DNA of 61,261 bases from an uncultured Bacillota bacterium (GTDB lineage Bacteria; Bacillota_I; Bacilli_A; RF39; UBA660): NCBI GenBank assembly GCA_902492995.1, contig CABUNR010000004.1, forward strand, positions 1 through 61,261, read 5' to 3'. Below the pieces are notes generated by a model. That model was not told the origin of the DNA, searched no databases, and saw only the letters and a list, made by a program, of their open reading frames with translations. Positions 8,979 through 20,299 of this stretch are shown piece after piece. The position numbers and the translations under genes are program-made. Positions within the stretch are counted from its first letter, which is position 1. The number at the start of each line of letters is the position of its first letter.

Positions 8979-9530
8979 ATGTATGGTTATATAAATGGTA
9001 GAGTTACAGAAATTGAAAGTAATTATATAATTTTAGAAAATAATGGGATTGGATATTTAATATATACTGCCAGTCCTTATTCTTTTAATATAAATAATGA
9101 ATATAAAGTTTATATTTATCAAAATGTAAAAGAAGATGAAATATCATTATATGGTTTTAAAAGTGCTGAGGAAAAAAATTTGTTTTTAAAGCTTATTGAT
9201 GTAAAAGGCTTAGGTCCTAAAATGGCCCTACCTATTATTGCTTCTAACAATATTGATGTCGTTGCATCAGCTATTGAAAATAGCGATGTTAATTATTTAA
9301 AAAAATTTCCTAAAATTGGTGATAAGGTAGCACGTCAAATAATTTTAGATTTAAAAGGAAAATTAATAGTTAACGATACTGGTAAATTGGAAGCTAGTGA
9401 AGAACTTTATGAAGCTTTAGAGGCGTTAGGGTATAAGAAACAAGATATAAAGAAAATAGTACCCAATGTAGATTTAAATTTAAAGATTGAAGAGCAAATA
9501 AAAGAAGCATTAAAATTGTTACTTAAGTAG
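8979..9530 (+). CDS. ruvA: Holliday junction branch migration complex subunit RuvA
   Basis: MYGYINGRV...GIGYLIY... is a typical RuvA N-terminus, with HhH motifs (GLGPKMA, KIGDKVA). The ORF opens at a TTG at 8946, but the ATG at 8979 has the SD AGGTGA. Confidence 0.9.
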   Translation: MYGYINGRVTEIESNYIILENNGIGYLIYTASPYSFNINNEYKVYIYQNVKEDEISLYGFKSAEEKNLFLKLIDVKGLGPKMALPIIASNNIDVVASAIENSDVNYLKKFPKIGDKVARQIILDLKGKLIVNDTGKLEASEELYEALEALGYKKQDIKKIVPNVDLNLKIEEQIKEALKLLLK

Positions 9531-9538
9531 GTGATTTT

Positions 9539-10537
9539 ATGGATGAAAGAATAATAACAAATCATGAATTAGAAGAAGATACTTTTGAAAATTCTATAAG
9601 ACCTGATAGTATTGATGAGTATATAGGTCAAACAGAGGTAAAAGAAAATTTAAGTATTTTTATTAAGGCGGCAAAAATGAGAGATGAATCTTTGGATCAT
9701 GTTCTTTTGTATGGACCACCAGGCCTTGGAAAAACAACATTGGCATATATAATTGCAAATGAACTTGGAACAAATATAAAAACGGCAAGTGGCCCATCAA
9801 TAGAAAAAGCAGGAGATTTAGCAGCAATCTTATCAACTCTTGAAGAGGGAGATGTTTTATTTATAGATGAAATTCACAGAATTCCAAGATATATAGAAGA
9901 AATTTTATATCCGGCTATGGAAGACTTCAAGCTAGACATAATAGTGGGAAGTGATTCTACTAGTAGAAATATTAGAATCGATTTACCTCCATTTACGCTT
10001 GTTGGGGCAACAACTAGAGCGGGAGATTTAACAAGCCCTCTTAGGGACAGATTTGGAATAATATCAAAATTACAATTTTATACTGTTTCAGAACTTTGTG
10101 AAATTGTAAAAAGGACATCAAGAGTTTTGAATACTCCAATTGATGATGAGGCTTCAATGGAGTTAGCCAGAAGAAGTCGAGGAACTCCTAGAATTGCAAA
10201 TAGATTATTTAAAAGGGTGAGAGACTTTGCTTATGTTATGAATGATGGTGTAATTAACTTAGAAGTAACTAAAAATGCTTTAGATAGACTTAAAGTTGAT
10301 ACATTAGGACTTGATGATACGGATCATAATTTACTTAAATCAATAATAGAAAAATTCGGTGGTGGACCTGTTGGAATAGAAGCAATAGCTTCATCAATTG
10401 GAGAAGAGCAAACAACAATAGAAGATGTATATGAACCATATTTACTTCAAATGGGACTTCTTAAAAGAACTAGTAGAGGTAGAGTTGTAACAGAAAAAGC
10501 ATATGAACATTTAAAAATACCAAAAGAAAGTAAGTGA
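9539..10537 (+). CDS. ruvB: Holliday junction DNA helicase RuvB
   Basis: [11 protein letters not shown], Walker [25 protein letters not shown]. Confidence 0.95.
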   Translation: MDERIITNHELEEDTFENSIRPDSIDEYIGQTEVKENLSIFIKAAKMRDESLDHVLLYGPPGLGKTTLAYIIANELGTNIKTASGPSIEKAGDLAAILSTLEEGDVLFIDEIHRIPRYIEEILYPAMEDFKLDIIVGSDSTSRNIRIDLPPFTLVGATTRAGDLTSPLRDRFGIISKLQFYTVSELCEIVKRTSRVLNTPIDDEASMELARRSRGTPRIANRLFKRVRDFAYVMNDGVINLEVTKNALDRLKVDTLGLDDTDHNLLKSIIEKFGGGPVGIEAIASSIGEEQTTIEDVYEPYLLQMGLLKRTSRGRVVTEKAYEHLKIPKESK

Positions 10538-10541
10538 TAAA

Positions 10542-11567
10542 ATGAAAACAGAAGATTTTGACTTTGAACTTCCAGAAAATTTAATAGCACAAACTCCTAT
10601 AAAAGATAGGGATCAATCACGTATGCTTGTTTTAGATAAAAAAACAGGAACTATAGAACATAAACATTTTAATGAAATAATTGATTATTTAGATGAGGGT
10701 GATACTTTAGTTCTTAATGATACAAAGGTTATGCCTGCTAGACTTTATGGGGTAAAAGAGGATACAAATGCCGTTATTGAAATATTATTATTAAAAGAAT
10801 TAGAAGAAAATAATTGGGAATGTTTAACAAAACCAGCTAAGAGAATTAAAATAGGAACAATTGTGTCTTTTGGTGATGGTAGGTTAAAAGCTGAATGCAT
10901 TGAAATAAAAGAAGAAGGTATAAGAGTTTTTAAACTTAAATATGATGGTATTTTATATGAAATACTTGACTCATTAGGAGAAATGCCATTACCTCCTTAT
11001 ATACATGAAAAATTAGCTGATAAAAATAGATATCAAACTGTTTATGCTAAAAATGTAGGAAGTGCTGCAGCACCAACAGCAGGTCTTCATTTTACAAAAG
11101 AACTATTAAAAAAAATAGAAGATAAAGGAGTTAATATCGTCTATATTACTTTACATGTTGGACTTGGAACTTTTAGACCTGTTAATGTAGAAGATGTAAC
11201 TAAACACAAAATGCATAGTGAATTTTATATAATGAATAAAACGGCAGCTGATATTTTAAATAAAGCTAAATTAGAAAATAGAAGAATTATTAGTGTTGGT
11301 ACAACGTCAACTAGAACATTGGAAACAATTATGAATTTATACGGAGAATTTAGAGAATGCTCTGGATGGACTGATATATTTATATACCCTGGATATGAAT
11401 TTAAAGCAATAAATTCTCTTATAACTAATTTTCATCTTCCAAAATCAACCCTTGTCATGTTAGTTAGTGCTTTAGCTGGAAAAGAAAATATAATGAATGC
11501 TTATCATGAAGCAATAAAAAATGAATATAGGTTTTTCTCATTTGGAGATTCAATGTTTATTAAATGA
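10542..11567 (+). CDS. queA: S-adenosylmethionine:tRNA ribosyltransferase-isomerase
   Basis: [14 protein letters not shown]...[26 protein letters not shown] and [10 protein letters not shown] are hallmark QueA blocks. Confidence 0.95.
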   Translation: MKTEDFDFELPENLIAQTPIKDRDQSRMLVLDKKTGTIEHKHFNEIIDYLDEGDTLVLNDTKVMPARLYGVKEDTNAVIEILLLKELEENNWECLTKPAKRIKIGTIVSFGDGRLKAECIEIKEEGIRVFKLKYDGILYEILDSLGEMPLPPYIHEKLADKNRYQTVYAKNVGSAAAPTAGLHFTKELLKKIEDKGVNIVYITLHVGLGTFRPVNVEDVTKHKMHSEFYIMNKTAADILNKAKLENRRIISVGTTSTRTLETIMNLYGEFRECSGWTDIFIYPGYEFKAINSLITNFHLPKSTLVMLVSALAGKENIMNAYHEAIKNEYRFFSFGDSMFIK

Positions 11568-12520
11568 TAAAAGAATTTAGTATATTAAAAGATACAGTTG
11601 AAGACTATATTTTAAGGTCAAAGGCTAAAGATGAAGATGATTTTAAATTTATGTTAAACCTATCAAAAATAATTATTAATGAAGAACACAGGAATAATAA
11701 TTATGAATATAGTAAAAAATATAATTTAAAAAAAATAGATAATATTGTTTCTGATTTTTTAAATGACTTGAATCAAAAATATAAAGAGTACTATGATTTA
11801 AGAAAAAAAGACGGAACATTTACATTTGATTTAAATAAAGAATCAATAAACAACCAGGCATACAGTACATATGATGATATTAATAATAAAAGAATTATTT
11901 ATATACCTGTAAGAAATACTATAGATGATGCATTTTCGATTGTACATGAATTATTTCATGATATTAATTTAGATGAGAAAGAGGCAAGTTATACAAGAAT
12001 GTTTTATACTGAGGGAATGTCAATATTAGGTGAAATTCTTTTAGAAGATTATTTAGTAAAAAGGCACGTAAAAGATGCCAAAATTCCTATGAATTTTTCA
12101 CTTTATTGTGCAAGAGAAAAAGCTATAGAAGTTGATTTTAATATTAATTTATTATTAGAATATTTAGATGATAATTATTTTGATACGTCAAAAATAATAA
12201 GAGTAATAGAAAATTATCCATTTAGTTATGCTCCTGATTTGGCTGAAATAATATCAAAAATAATAAGCAATGAAGAACTTACATTAGATGATGAGCAAGT
12301 ATATGTAATTGGTACTTTAATTGCAACTTATATGTATGATAGAATTAAAAATAATAAAAATAATATTGTAGAACTTTTTGAACTTAACGAGGAAATAAAA
12401 AATTATAGTTTTGAACAAGTATTGGATTATTTAGATATTGAATATAATAATGTTGATTTAAATGAAGAATCATATAAAAAATTAAAAAAATGTTATAAAA
12501 AATATATTAAAAGTAGGTGA
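11564..12520 (+). CDS. Hypothetical protein with HExxH zinc-metallopeptidase motif
   Basis: SIVHELFHD (HELFH) motif. The start overlaps the queA stop (ATGA), suggesting translational coupling. No family was recognised. Confidence 0.5.
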   Translation: MIKEFSILKDTVEDYILRSKAKDEDDFKFMLNLSKIIINEEHRNNNYEYSKKYNLKKIDNIVSDFLNDLNQKYKEYYDLRKKDGTFTFDLNKESINNQAYSTYDDINNKRIIYIPVRNTIDDAFSIVHELFHDINLDEKEASYTRMFYTEGMSILGEILLEDYLVKRHVKDAKIPMNFSLYCAREKAIEVDFNINLLLEYLDDNYFDTSKIIRVIENYPFSYAPDLAEIISKIISNEELTLDDEQVYVIGTLIATYMYDRIKNNKNNIVELFELNEEIKNYSFEQVLDYLDIEYNNVDLNEESYKKLKKCYKKYIKSR

Positions 12521-12523
12521 AAC

Positions 12524-13405
12524 ATGAAGGTTATTTGCATTGTTGGACCAACTGGAGTTGGAAAAACTAAATTAAGTATAGAACTTGCTAAAATATATAA
12601 TGGTGAAATTATAAATGCTGATTCAACACAGGTGTATAAAGGATTAGATATAGCTACAGCTAAAATAAAAGAAGAAGAAAAAGAAGGAATTAAGCATTAT
12701 TTATTTGATATAAAAAATATTGATGAGGATTACTCTGCTTATGATTATCAAAATGATGCAAGAAAAAAAATAGATTATATATTTAAAAATAAAAAAACAC
12801 CTATATTAGTAGGCGGTACCGGACTTTATATAAAAGCTTGTTTATATGATTATAAATTTTCATTAGAATCAAAAAAAAATGATTATTCTAAATATTCTAA
12901 GGAAGAACTTTATCAAAAATTATTAAGTATTGATCCTAAAACAAATATACATATTAATAATAGAAAAAGAGTGGAGAGAGCCTTAGATTATTATTCAAAT
13001 AATGGTATAATAAAGCAAGAACAAAAAACTGATAAATTACTTTATGATGTAATATTTATAGGACTTACAACAGATAGAGAAAACTTATATAATAGAATTG
13101 ATAAAAGAGTTGATTCAATGATCAATGAGGGATTAATTGATGAAGCAAAAAGAATATTTGATTTAAATATTAGAACAAAAGCTGTGTTAACACCAATTGG
13201 TTATAAAGAATTATTTGAATATTTTAATGGTAATATAACTTTAGAGGATTCAATTAATCTTATTAAGCAAAGAAGCAGAAGATACGCTAAGAGACAATAT
13301 ACATGGTTTAATAATCAAATGCATGTTAATTGGTTTAACACAAATTATAATAATTTTGATGAAACAGTAAAAGAAATAAAAAAATTTATAGGAGGAATTT
13401 TATGA
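12524..13405 (+). CDS. miaA: tRNA dimethylallyltransferase
   Basis: P-loop GPTGVGKT, INADSTQVYKGLDIATAK, RQYTWF. Confidence 0.93.
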   Translation: MKVICIVGPTGVGKTKLSIELAKIYNGEIINADSTQVYKGLDIATAKIKEEEKEGIKHYLFDIKNIDEDYSAYDYQNDARKKIDYIFKNKKTPILVGGTGLYIKACLYDYKFSLESKKNDYSKYSKEELYQKLLSIDPKTNIHINNRKRVERALDYYSNNGIIKQEQKTDKLLYDVIFIGLTTDRENLYNRIDKRVDSMINEGLIDEAKRIFDLNIRTKAVLTPIGYKELFEYFNGNITLEDSINLIKQRSRRYAKRQYTWFNNQMHVNWFNTNYNNFDETVKEIKKFIGGIL

Positions 13406-14109
13406 CACCACATATTGAAGCAAAAAAAGATGAAATAGCAAAGGTAGTATTAATGCCAGGCGATCCATTAAGAGCACAATATATAGCAGAAAACTATTTA
13501 AAAAATTATAAATTAGTTAATACAGTTAGAGGTATGTATGCTTATACAGGATTTTATAATGACAAATTAATAACAATAATGGCAAGTGGAATGGGAATGC
13601 CAAGCATTGGTATATATTCATATGAACTTTTTAAATTTTATGATGTAGAAAGTATTATTAGAATAGGTTCTGCAGGATCATATGTAAAGGATTTAAATTT
13701 ATATGATGTATTACTTGCAACAGATTGTTATTCAGAATCAAGTTTTGCAAAAGTTCAAAATGGATGCAGTGATAATATACTAAAATCAAGTGAGTATTTA
13801 AATACTGTAATTTTATCAAGTGCAAAAGAATTAAATAAGAAAATACATATTGGAAGAATTCATAGTAGTGATGTATTTTATCAAGAAAATAATTTATATG
13901 AAAATTTAGTAAGTAAATATAATTGCCTTGCCGTTGAAATGGAAAGCTTTGCGTTATTTCACAATGCAAATGTTTTAAATAAAAAAGCTACTTGTTTGTT
14001 AACAATATCAGATAATTTTGTAACAAATGAGAAAACAACTAGCTTAGAAAGACAAAAAAGTTTTATAAATATGATAGAAATAGCACTTAATGCTGCAACA
14101 AAAATGTAG
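13402..14109 (+). CDS. deoD: Purine nucleoside phosphorylase DeoD-type
   Basis: MTPHIEAKKDEIAKVVLMPGDPLRA..., GMGMPS, VEMES. Its ATGA overlaps the miaA stop. Confidence 0.92.
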   Translation: MTPHIEAKKDEIAKVVLMPGDPLRAQYIAENYLKNYKLVNTVRGMYAYTGFYNDKLITIMASGMGMPSIGIYSYELFKFYDVESIIRIGSAGSYVKDLNLYDVLLATDCYSESSFAKVQNGCSDNILKSSEYLNTVILSSAKELNKKIHIGRIHSSDVFYQENNLYENLVSKYNCLAVEMESFALFHNANVLNKKATCLLTISDNFVTNEKTTSLERQKSFINMIEIALNAATKM

Positions 14110-14116
14110 GTATAAT

Positions 14117-15085
14117 ATGGATATAAAAAAGTTACCTAAAATAGAACTTCATCTTCATTTAGATGGTTCTATTAGTATAGATACGGCATCACAAATATTA
14201 AATAAGAGTAAAGAAACTTTAAAAAACGAAATGGTTGCTAAAGAAAAATGTCTTGATTTAAATGAATACCTTACCAAATTTTCATTACCAGTTAGTATAA
14301 TGCAGACAAAAGAACAATTATTATCTATAACAAAAGATTTAATTAAACAATTAAAAAATGATAATGTAATATATGCTGAAGTAAGATTTGCACCTATAAA
14401 GCATACAACAATATTATCACTTGAAGAAGTTGTTGAAACTGTAATAGATGGATTAAAAAATAATGATGTAAAAATTAATTTAATTTTATGTATGATGAGA
14501 GATTCATCATATATAGATAATTTAAAAATTATAGATTTAGCAAATAAATATTTAAATAAAGGTGTTGTAGCAATTGATTTAGCTGGTGCAGAGGGATTAT
14601 ACAAAACTTCATTATTTGAAAATTTATTTAAATATGCTAATCAATTATCTATTCCTTTTACAATTCATGCTGGAGAAGCTGATGGCATAGATAGTATAGA
14701 ATCTGCAATATCTTTTGGTGCAAAAAGAATAGGACATGGTATAAGATTAATAGATGATAAAAAACTTTATGATGTGGTAAAAGAAAATAATATAATGCTA
14801 GAAATATGTCCAACAAGTAATGTTCAAACAAATGCTGTTTTAAACTATTCAAGTCATCCAATAAAAGACTTTTATAAAAACAATATTTTAATAAGCATTA
14901 ACACAGATAATAGGACTGTTTCAAATACAACACTAGATAAAGAATATAATATGTTAATGACAGAATTAGATTTTAATATTGATGATTTTATTAAAATAAA
15001 TCTTGATTCAATAAAGTGTTCATTTATGAATCAAGGAGAAAAAATAAAGATGATGAATAAATATTTAAATAAACTTGAAAAATAA
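14117..15085 (+). CDS. add: Adenosine deaminase
   Basis: LPKIELHLHLDGS, HAGE, TDN(R) metal/active-site blocks. The ORF opens at 14090 inside deoD; the ATG at 14117 gives the canonical N-terminus. Confidence 0.9.
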   Translation: MDIKKLPKIELHLHLDGSISIDTASQILNKSKETLKNEMVAKEKCLDLNEYLTKFSLPVSIMQTKEQLLSITKDLIKQLKNDNVIYAEVRFAPIKHTTILSLEEVVETVIDGLKNNDVKINLILCMMRDSSYIDNLKIIDLANKYLNKGVVAIDLAGAEGLYKTSLFENLFKYANQLSIPFTIHAGEADGIDSIESAISFGAKRIGHGIRLIDDKKLYDVVKENNIMLEICPTSNVQTNAVLNYSSHPIKDFYKNNILISINTDNRTVSNTTLDKEYNMLMTELDFNIDDFIKINLDSIKCSFMNQGEKIKMMNKYLNKLEK

Positions 15086-15109
15086 GTTCATAATAAAAAA
15101 GGTGATATA

Positions 15110-16381
15110 ATGGATTACAGAACAATAAAAAATAAAAATTATAATTTACATATAATAAATACTGATAAATTCAAAACGATAAATTTAATGATTAATTTTA
15201 AAAGAAAAATAAAAAAAGAGGAAATAACAATAAGAAATTTGTTAAATGATATTTTAATAAATACTAGTATGAATTATAAAACTTCTAGAGATATTGAAAT
15301 AGAAACTGAAGAGTTATATGATTTAGGTATTAGTTCTAATCCACACAAATCAGGCAATTATCATATTATTTCTTTTAAAGAATCATTTTTAAATGAAAAA
15401 TATACTGAAGATGGTATGAATTTAAAATCTATGCAATTTTTATTAGAACTTATATTTAATGCTAATGTTAGTGATAATAAGTTTGATAAAAAATATTTTG
15501 AATTAATAAAGAGAACAATTGAAGATGATATAAAAAGTTTAAAAGACGATACTAAAAAATATAGTCTTATTAGACTATATGAAGAAATGGATAGTGGACC
15601 ACTTTCGTATAGAACTGCTGGTTATTTAGAAGATTTAGATAAAATAACTGAAACTAATTTATATGATTATTATAAATCTGTGATAGAAAATGACATTATA
15701 GATATCTTTGTGATTGGAAATATAAATGATACATATGAACAACTATTTAATAAATATATACCTGATACTATAAGAATAAAGGATAGCACTCCTCATTATC
15801 TTAATTTAGAAATAAATGATGAACAGGAAAAAAGAGAATTAACTAAAATAAATCAGAGTAAATTATCGATTGGTTTAAAAATTAAAGATATAACGGATTA
15901 TGAATTAAAATATGTAGTTAGCTTATATTCTCTTATTTTAGGTGGAAGTTCTAATTCAAAATTATTTAAAGTAGTAAGGGAAGAAAATTCACTTTGTTAT
16001 TATATAAATTCTAGTGTTTCAGTTATCTCAAAAATTATAACAATAATGGCTGGTATTAACTCTAAAGATTATGAGCAAACTATGAAATTAATAAGAAATG
16101 AATTAAATAATATTAAAGAAGGAAATTTTAGCGATTCAGATATAAAAGAGGCAAAAAAAATATATACTAGTGGTTGTAAAGAAATTTATGATTCACCAGG
16201 ATCTATTATTAATAACTATTTATCTTATGAGTATGCTAATCTAGATTTAGCTATTGATAGAATAAATAATATAAAAAATGTTACAAAAGAAGAAATTGTT
16301 GCATTAGCAAATAAAGTAGTAATTGATACAATATTTTTATTAGAAGGGACAGGTTCTGATGAAGAAGCAAACATTATGTGA
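15110..16381 (+). CDS. M16-family (pitrilysin-like) peptidase subunit lacking the HxxEH motif (probably non-catalytic partner)
   Basis: About 420 aa with insulinase-like architecture and no HxxEH. Overlaps the next M16 gene by 23 nt. Confidence 0.65.
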   Translation: MDYRTIKNKNYNLHIINTDKFKTINLMINFKRKIKKEEITIRNLLNDILINTSMNYKTSRDIEIETEELYDLGISSNPHKSGNYHIISFKESFLNEKYTEDGMNLKSMQFLLELIFNANVSDNKFDKKYFELIKRTIEDDIKSLKDDTKKYSLIRLYEEMDSGPLSYRTAGYLEDLDKITETNLYDYYKSVIENDIIDIFVIGNINDTYEQLFNKYIPDTIRIKDSTPHYLNLEINDEQEKRELTKINQSKLSIGLKIKDITDYELKYVVSLYSLILGGSSNSKLFKVVREENSLCYYINSSVSVISKIITIMAGINSKDYEQTMKLIRNELNNIKEGNFSDSDIKEAKKIYTSGCKEIYDSPGSIINNYLSYEYANLDLAIDRINNIKNVTKEEIVALANKVVIDTIFLLEGTGSDEEANIM

Positions 16382-17630
16382 TTTAGATATAGATGTTTAT
16401 TATGAAACATTAGATAATGGTCTTAAAATTTTTGTAATACCAAAAAATGATGTGAATAATATATATGCTACTTTTTCAACTGATTATGGTTCAATTCAAA
16501 ATGAATTTTTAGTTAATTCTAAAATGATAAGGGTTCCAGATGGAGTTGCTCATTTTTTGGAACATAAAGTTTTTGAACAAAAAACTGGATTAGATCCATT
16601 TTCATTTTATAGTAAAACTGGATGTGATTGTAATGCAAATACGTCTAATTATAAAACTACTTATTTATTTGTAGGACAAGAAAAACTAAAAGAAAACTTA
16701 AATTATTTATTGGACTTTGTACAAGAACCTTATTTTACTGATGAAAATGTTGAAAAAGAAAAGGGAATAATAGAACAAGAAATAAAAATGTATCAAGATG
16801 ATCCTGAAACTAGTGCTGTTGAAAGAATTGTTTATAATTCATTTGTTAATCATCCAATTAAAATTCCTATTATTGGAACAATAGAAAGTATAAATAAAAT
16901 AACAAAAAAAGATTTATATGATTGTTATAATACTTTTTATAACCCTAAAAATATGTTTTTAGTTGTAACTGGAAATGTTGATCCAAATGATGTTTATGAT
17001 ATAGTAAAGAATAATCAAAGTAAGAAAAGTTTTGATAAAATAAATGATATAGTTTTAAAAAAATATGATGAGCCTGATAGTGTTTCACTAAAAAAAGATA
17101 CTATCAATCAAAATGTTACTATTCCTAGAGTTTTAGTTAGTTATAAATTCAATATAGAAAATATTGAATTAGATAAAAGAACGTTAAATAATTTTATTGG
17201 GATTTATTCAGATTTAAAATTTGGCTCTGTATCAGAATTTACAGAACAAATGAAAAAAGAAGGATTAATAACAAAGAATATTGATTTTTGTACTGTAAGA
17301 ACAGATAAACATTTACTTTTAATTATTGATGCAGAAACAGAACAACAAAATGAATTATTAAAACGAATAGAAAATGAACTTGAAAAAAAAGATTTTTCTA
17401 AAACTGATTTTGATAGAAAGAAAAAAACTGCATTAAGTTCTTGTATATATATGACGGATAGTATATATAGTTTAAATTCATTTGTTATGAATTCGCTTAT
17501 TTTGGATAAAAGTATAGATTATAATATATATAAACATTATAAAGAACTTGATTATGATTTATTTTTAAAATTTGTTGAAAAATTAGATTTTAGTAATAAT
17601 TCAATACTATATGTTAATAAATCTTTATAG
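16359..17630 (+). CDS. M16-family zinc peptidase (catalytic, HxxEH)
   Basis: GVAHFLEHKVFE contains the inverted zincin motif HFLEH. About 420 aa, paired with the upstream M16 gene. Confidence 0.8.
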   Translation: MKKQTLCDLDIDVYYETLDNGLKIFVIPKNDVNNIYATFSTDYGSIQNEFLVNSKMIRVPDGVAHFLEHKVFEQKTGLDPFSFYSKTGCDCNANTSNYKTTYLFVGQEKLKENLNYLLDFVQEPYFTDENVEKEKGIIEQEIKMYQDDPETSAVERIVYNSFVNHPIKIPIIGTIESINKITKKDLYDCYNTFYNPKNMFLVVTGNVDPNDVYDIVKNNQSKKSFDKINDIVLKKYDEPDSVSLKKDTINQNVTIPRVLVSYKFNIENIELDKRTLNNFIGIYSDLKFGSVSEFTEQMKKEGLITKNIDFCTVRTDKHLLLIIDAETEQQNELLKRIENELEKKDFSKTDFDRKKKTALSSCIYMTDSIYSLNSFVMNSLILDKSIDYNIYKHYKELDYDLFLKFVEKLDFSNNSILYVNKSL

Positions 17631-17649
17631 ATTTGTTTAGCAACATGCA

Positions 17650-17674
17650 AAATAGTTGAAAAACTATTTTTTTT
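17650..17674 (+). terminator. Rho-independent terminator
   Basis: AAATAGTT (17650-17657) / AACTATTT (17662-17669), GAAA loop, T-run. Confidence 0.7.
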
Positions 17675-17740
17675 GTTGTATCATTTATATATGATAAAAC
17701 GATAGTAAGGATGTGTAATATGGTAACTAAATGCAAAACC

Positions 17741-17749
17741 GGGGGGGGG
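17741..17749 (+). repeat. G9 homopolymer in codons 4-6 of the giant pilin gene (candidate slipped-strand phase-variation tract)
   Basis: The read is ...atgcaaaacc gggggggggt...: nine consecutive G in a strongly AT-rich genome, placed between two alternative ATG starts and the pilin leader. Confidence 0.8.
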
Positions 17750-19150
17750 TATTTTTAAGAAATACCAATAAAAAAGGACTAACATTAATAGAACTTTTAG
17801 CGGTAATAGTAATACTAGCTATAATAGCTTTAATCGCAACACCAATTGTAACAAATATAATAAATGATGCAAGAAAAGAAGCCGCAAAAGATAGTACATA
17901 TGAATATGTAAAAGCTATAGAAAATAAAATTGCATTATCTGCATTAGAAGATAGGACATACGAAGATAAAGATGATTATGCATATGATGAGATAAAACCA
18001 GATATAAAATGGACTATCCCAATAGGAGGAATATATAGTTTAAAAAATGGAATAATAACAGAAGGAAAATTTTGTGTAAACAATTATTTATTAAATTATA
18101 AAGAATCCAAGATTAAAGTAGAAGGAACATGTACAAATGAAACATTAAGATTAGATGGAAGTTTAAAACTATCAAGTAATAGTGGGAATTATACATATCC
18201 AGAGGTTGGAACAATAGATATAATAGAAAACAAGGGAAATGGAAAACTAAGTTGTGAATCAAGTGATACTAAGGTTGCGACTTGTTTAGTTAAAGGAAAT
18301 ACAGTAACAGTAAAATCAGGAACAAAAGAAGGAAGTGCAACACTAACAATAACAAGTGAAGCAACAAGTAAATATAAAGAAGCCAAAGCAGCATACTTAG
18401 CTTACACATCAAAAGGATTATTAAGTATAACAGCTAATGGATATAATGGAATATATGACAATAAAGCTCACGGAATAACAGTAAGTACAGGACAAAATGC
18501 AACAGTAAAATATGGTGAAGAAGAAGGGACATATGATAAAGATGAGAGTCCAACTTACACTGATGTAGGAAGTTATACAGTATATTATGAAGTAAGCCAA
18601 GAAGGATATAATACGGTAAGAGGAAGTAAAACAGTAGTAATAACAAAAGCAGATGGAGAGATAACATTAAAAGAGTCAAGTATAAGTATTGCATATAAAG
18701 ATACAAAAGAAATTGATGTTACAAAAAATATAAGTGACGGAAATATAAAAGTAGAAGTACTAAATAAAGATATAGTAGAAGCAGAAATAAAAGATAATAA
18801 AATAGTAATAACAGGAAAAAAACTAGGAACAGGGAAGGTAAAAATAATAAGTGAAGCAACAAGAAACTATAAAGAAAGTAGTACAGAAATAGAAGTAACA
18901 GTAATAAAAGCAAATAATACATTAAAGTTACCAAGTACAAGTGGAAAATATACATATCCAGAAAGTAAAACAATAGAAGTAGAAGGAAACATAAGTGGAG
19001 GATTAATTAAATGTGTATCAGCAGACACTAAAATAGCTAATTGTACAGTAAATGGAAATATAATAACAGTAAAATCAGGAACAAAAGAAGGAAGTACAAC
19101 ATTAACAATAACAAGTTAAGCAACAGAAAATTATAATGAACAAAAATTAT

Positions 19151-19333
19151 CATATGTAGCAATTACAGCTAAAGGAACATTAAGAAGTTATACAGTAGCT
19201 GGATATAATGGTGTATATGACTCTAAAGGACATGGAATCGTAGTAACAAGTTCAGGTTCAACAATAACATATTCAAAAGATGGAACAAACTATACAAATG
19301 AAAATCCAAAATATACAGATGTAGGAGAATACA
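19151..19333 (+). repeat. 183-nt perfect direct repeat, copy 1 (partner at 20117-20299)
   Basis: Base-by-base comparison of the two stretches shows identity over 183 nt. Similarity continues with scattered mismatches to about 19380 / 20346. Confidence 0.9.
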
Positions 19334-20116
19334 CAGTATACTATAAAATCGAAACAGAAGGATATAATGAAATAACAGGAAATGCAAGAGTTGTTATAAC
19401 AAAAGCAGAAGGTGAAATGACATCACCAACAGCAAAAACCCTAACTTATACAGAAAGTGAACAAGAATTAATAAATAGAGGAAGCTCAAGTACAGGAACA
19501 ATAGAATATAAACTAGATAATGGAAGTTATAGTGAAAGTATTCCAAAAGCAACAAATCCAGGAACATATAAAGTATATTATAGATTAGTAGGAGATAAGA
19601 ATCATAAAGATATAGCAGAAAGTTATATAACAGTAACAATAAATAAAGCTGTATTAAGTTATACAGCAAATGGATATACAGGAGTATATGATTCTAATTC
19701 TCATGGAATTGTTGTAACAAGTAAAGGAACAATAAAATATGGTGAGGCAGAAGGAACATATGATAAAGATGAAAGTCCAAAATATGCAGATGTCGGAAAA
19801 TATGTAGTATACTTTAAAATAACAAGAGAAGGATACTATGATATAACAGGAAGTAAAACAATAGAAATAACAAAAGCAAATAATAATATAAAATTATCAA
19901 GTACAAGTGGAAAATATACATATCCAGAGGTTGGAACATTTAAGGTAATAGAAAATCCAAGCAAAGAACAATTATATTGTGAAAGTTCAGATACAAAAGT
20001 AGCGACATGTAAGTTTAAAGAAAATATAATAACAGTAACACCAGGAACAAAAGAAGGAAGTACAACATTAACAATATCAACAAAAGGAAGTAAGAACTAT
20101 AATGCAGGAAAAGCAG

Positions 20117-20299
20117 CATATGTAGCAATTACAGCTAAAGGAACATTAAGAAGTTATACAGTAGCTGGATATAATGGTGTATATGACTCTAAAGGACATG
20201 GAATCGTAGTAACAAGTTCAGGTTCAACAATAACATATTCAAAAGATGGAACAAACTATACAAATGAAAATCCAAAATATACAGATGTAGGAGAATACA
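20117..20299 (+). repeat. 183-nt perfect direct repeat, copy 2 (966 bp downstream of copy 1, in frame)
   Basis: Identical to 19151-19333. The offset of 966 bp equals 322 codons. Confidence 0.9.
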
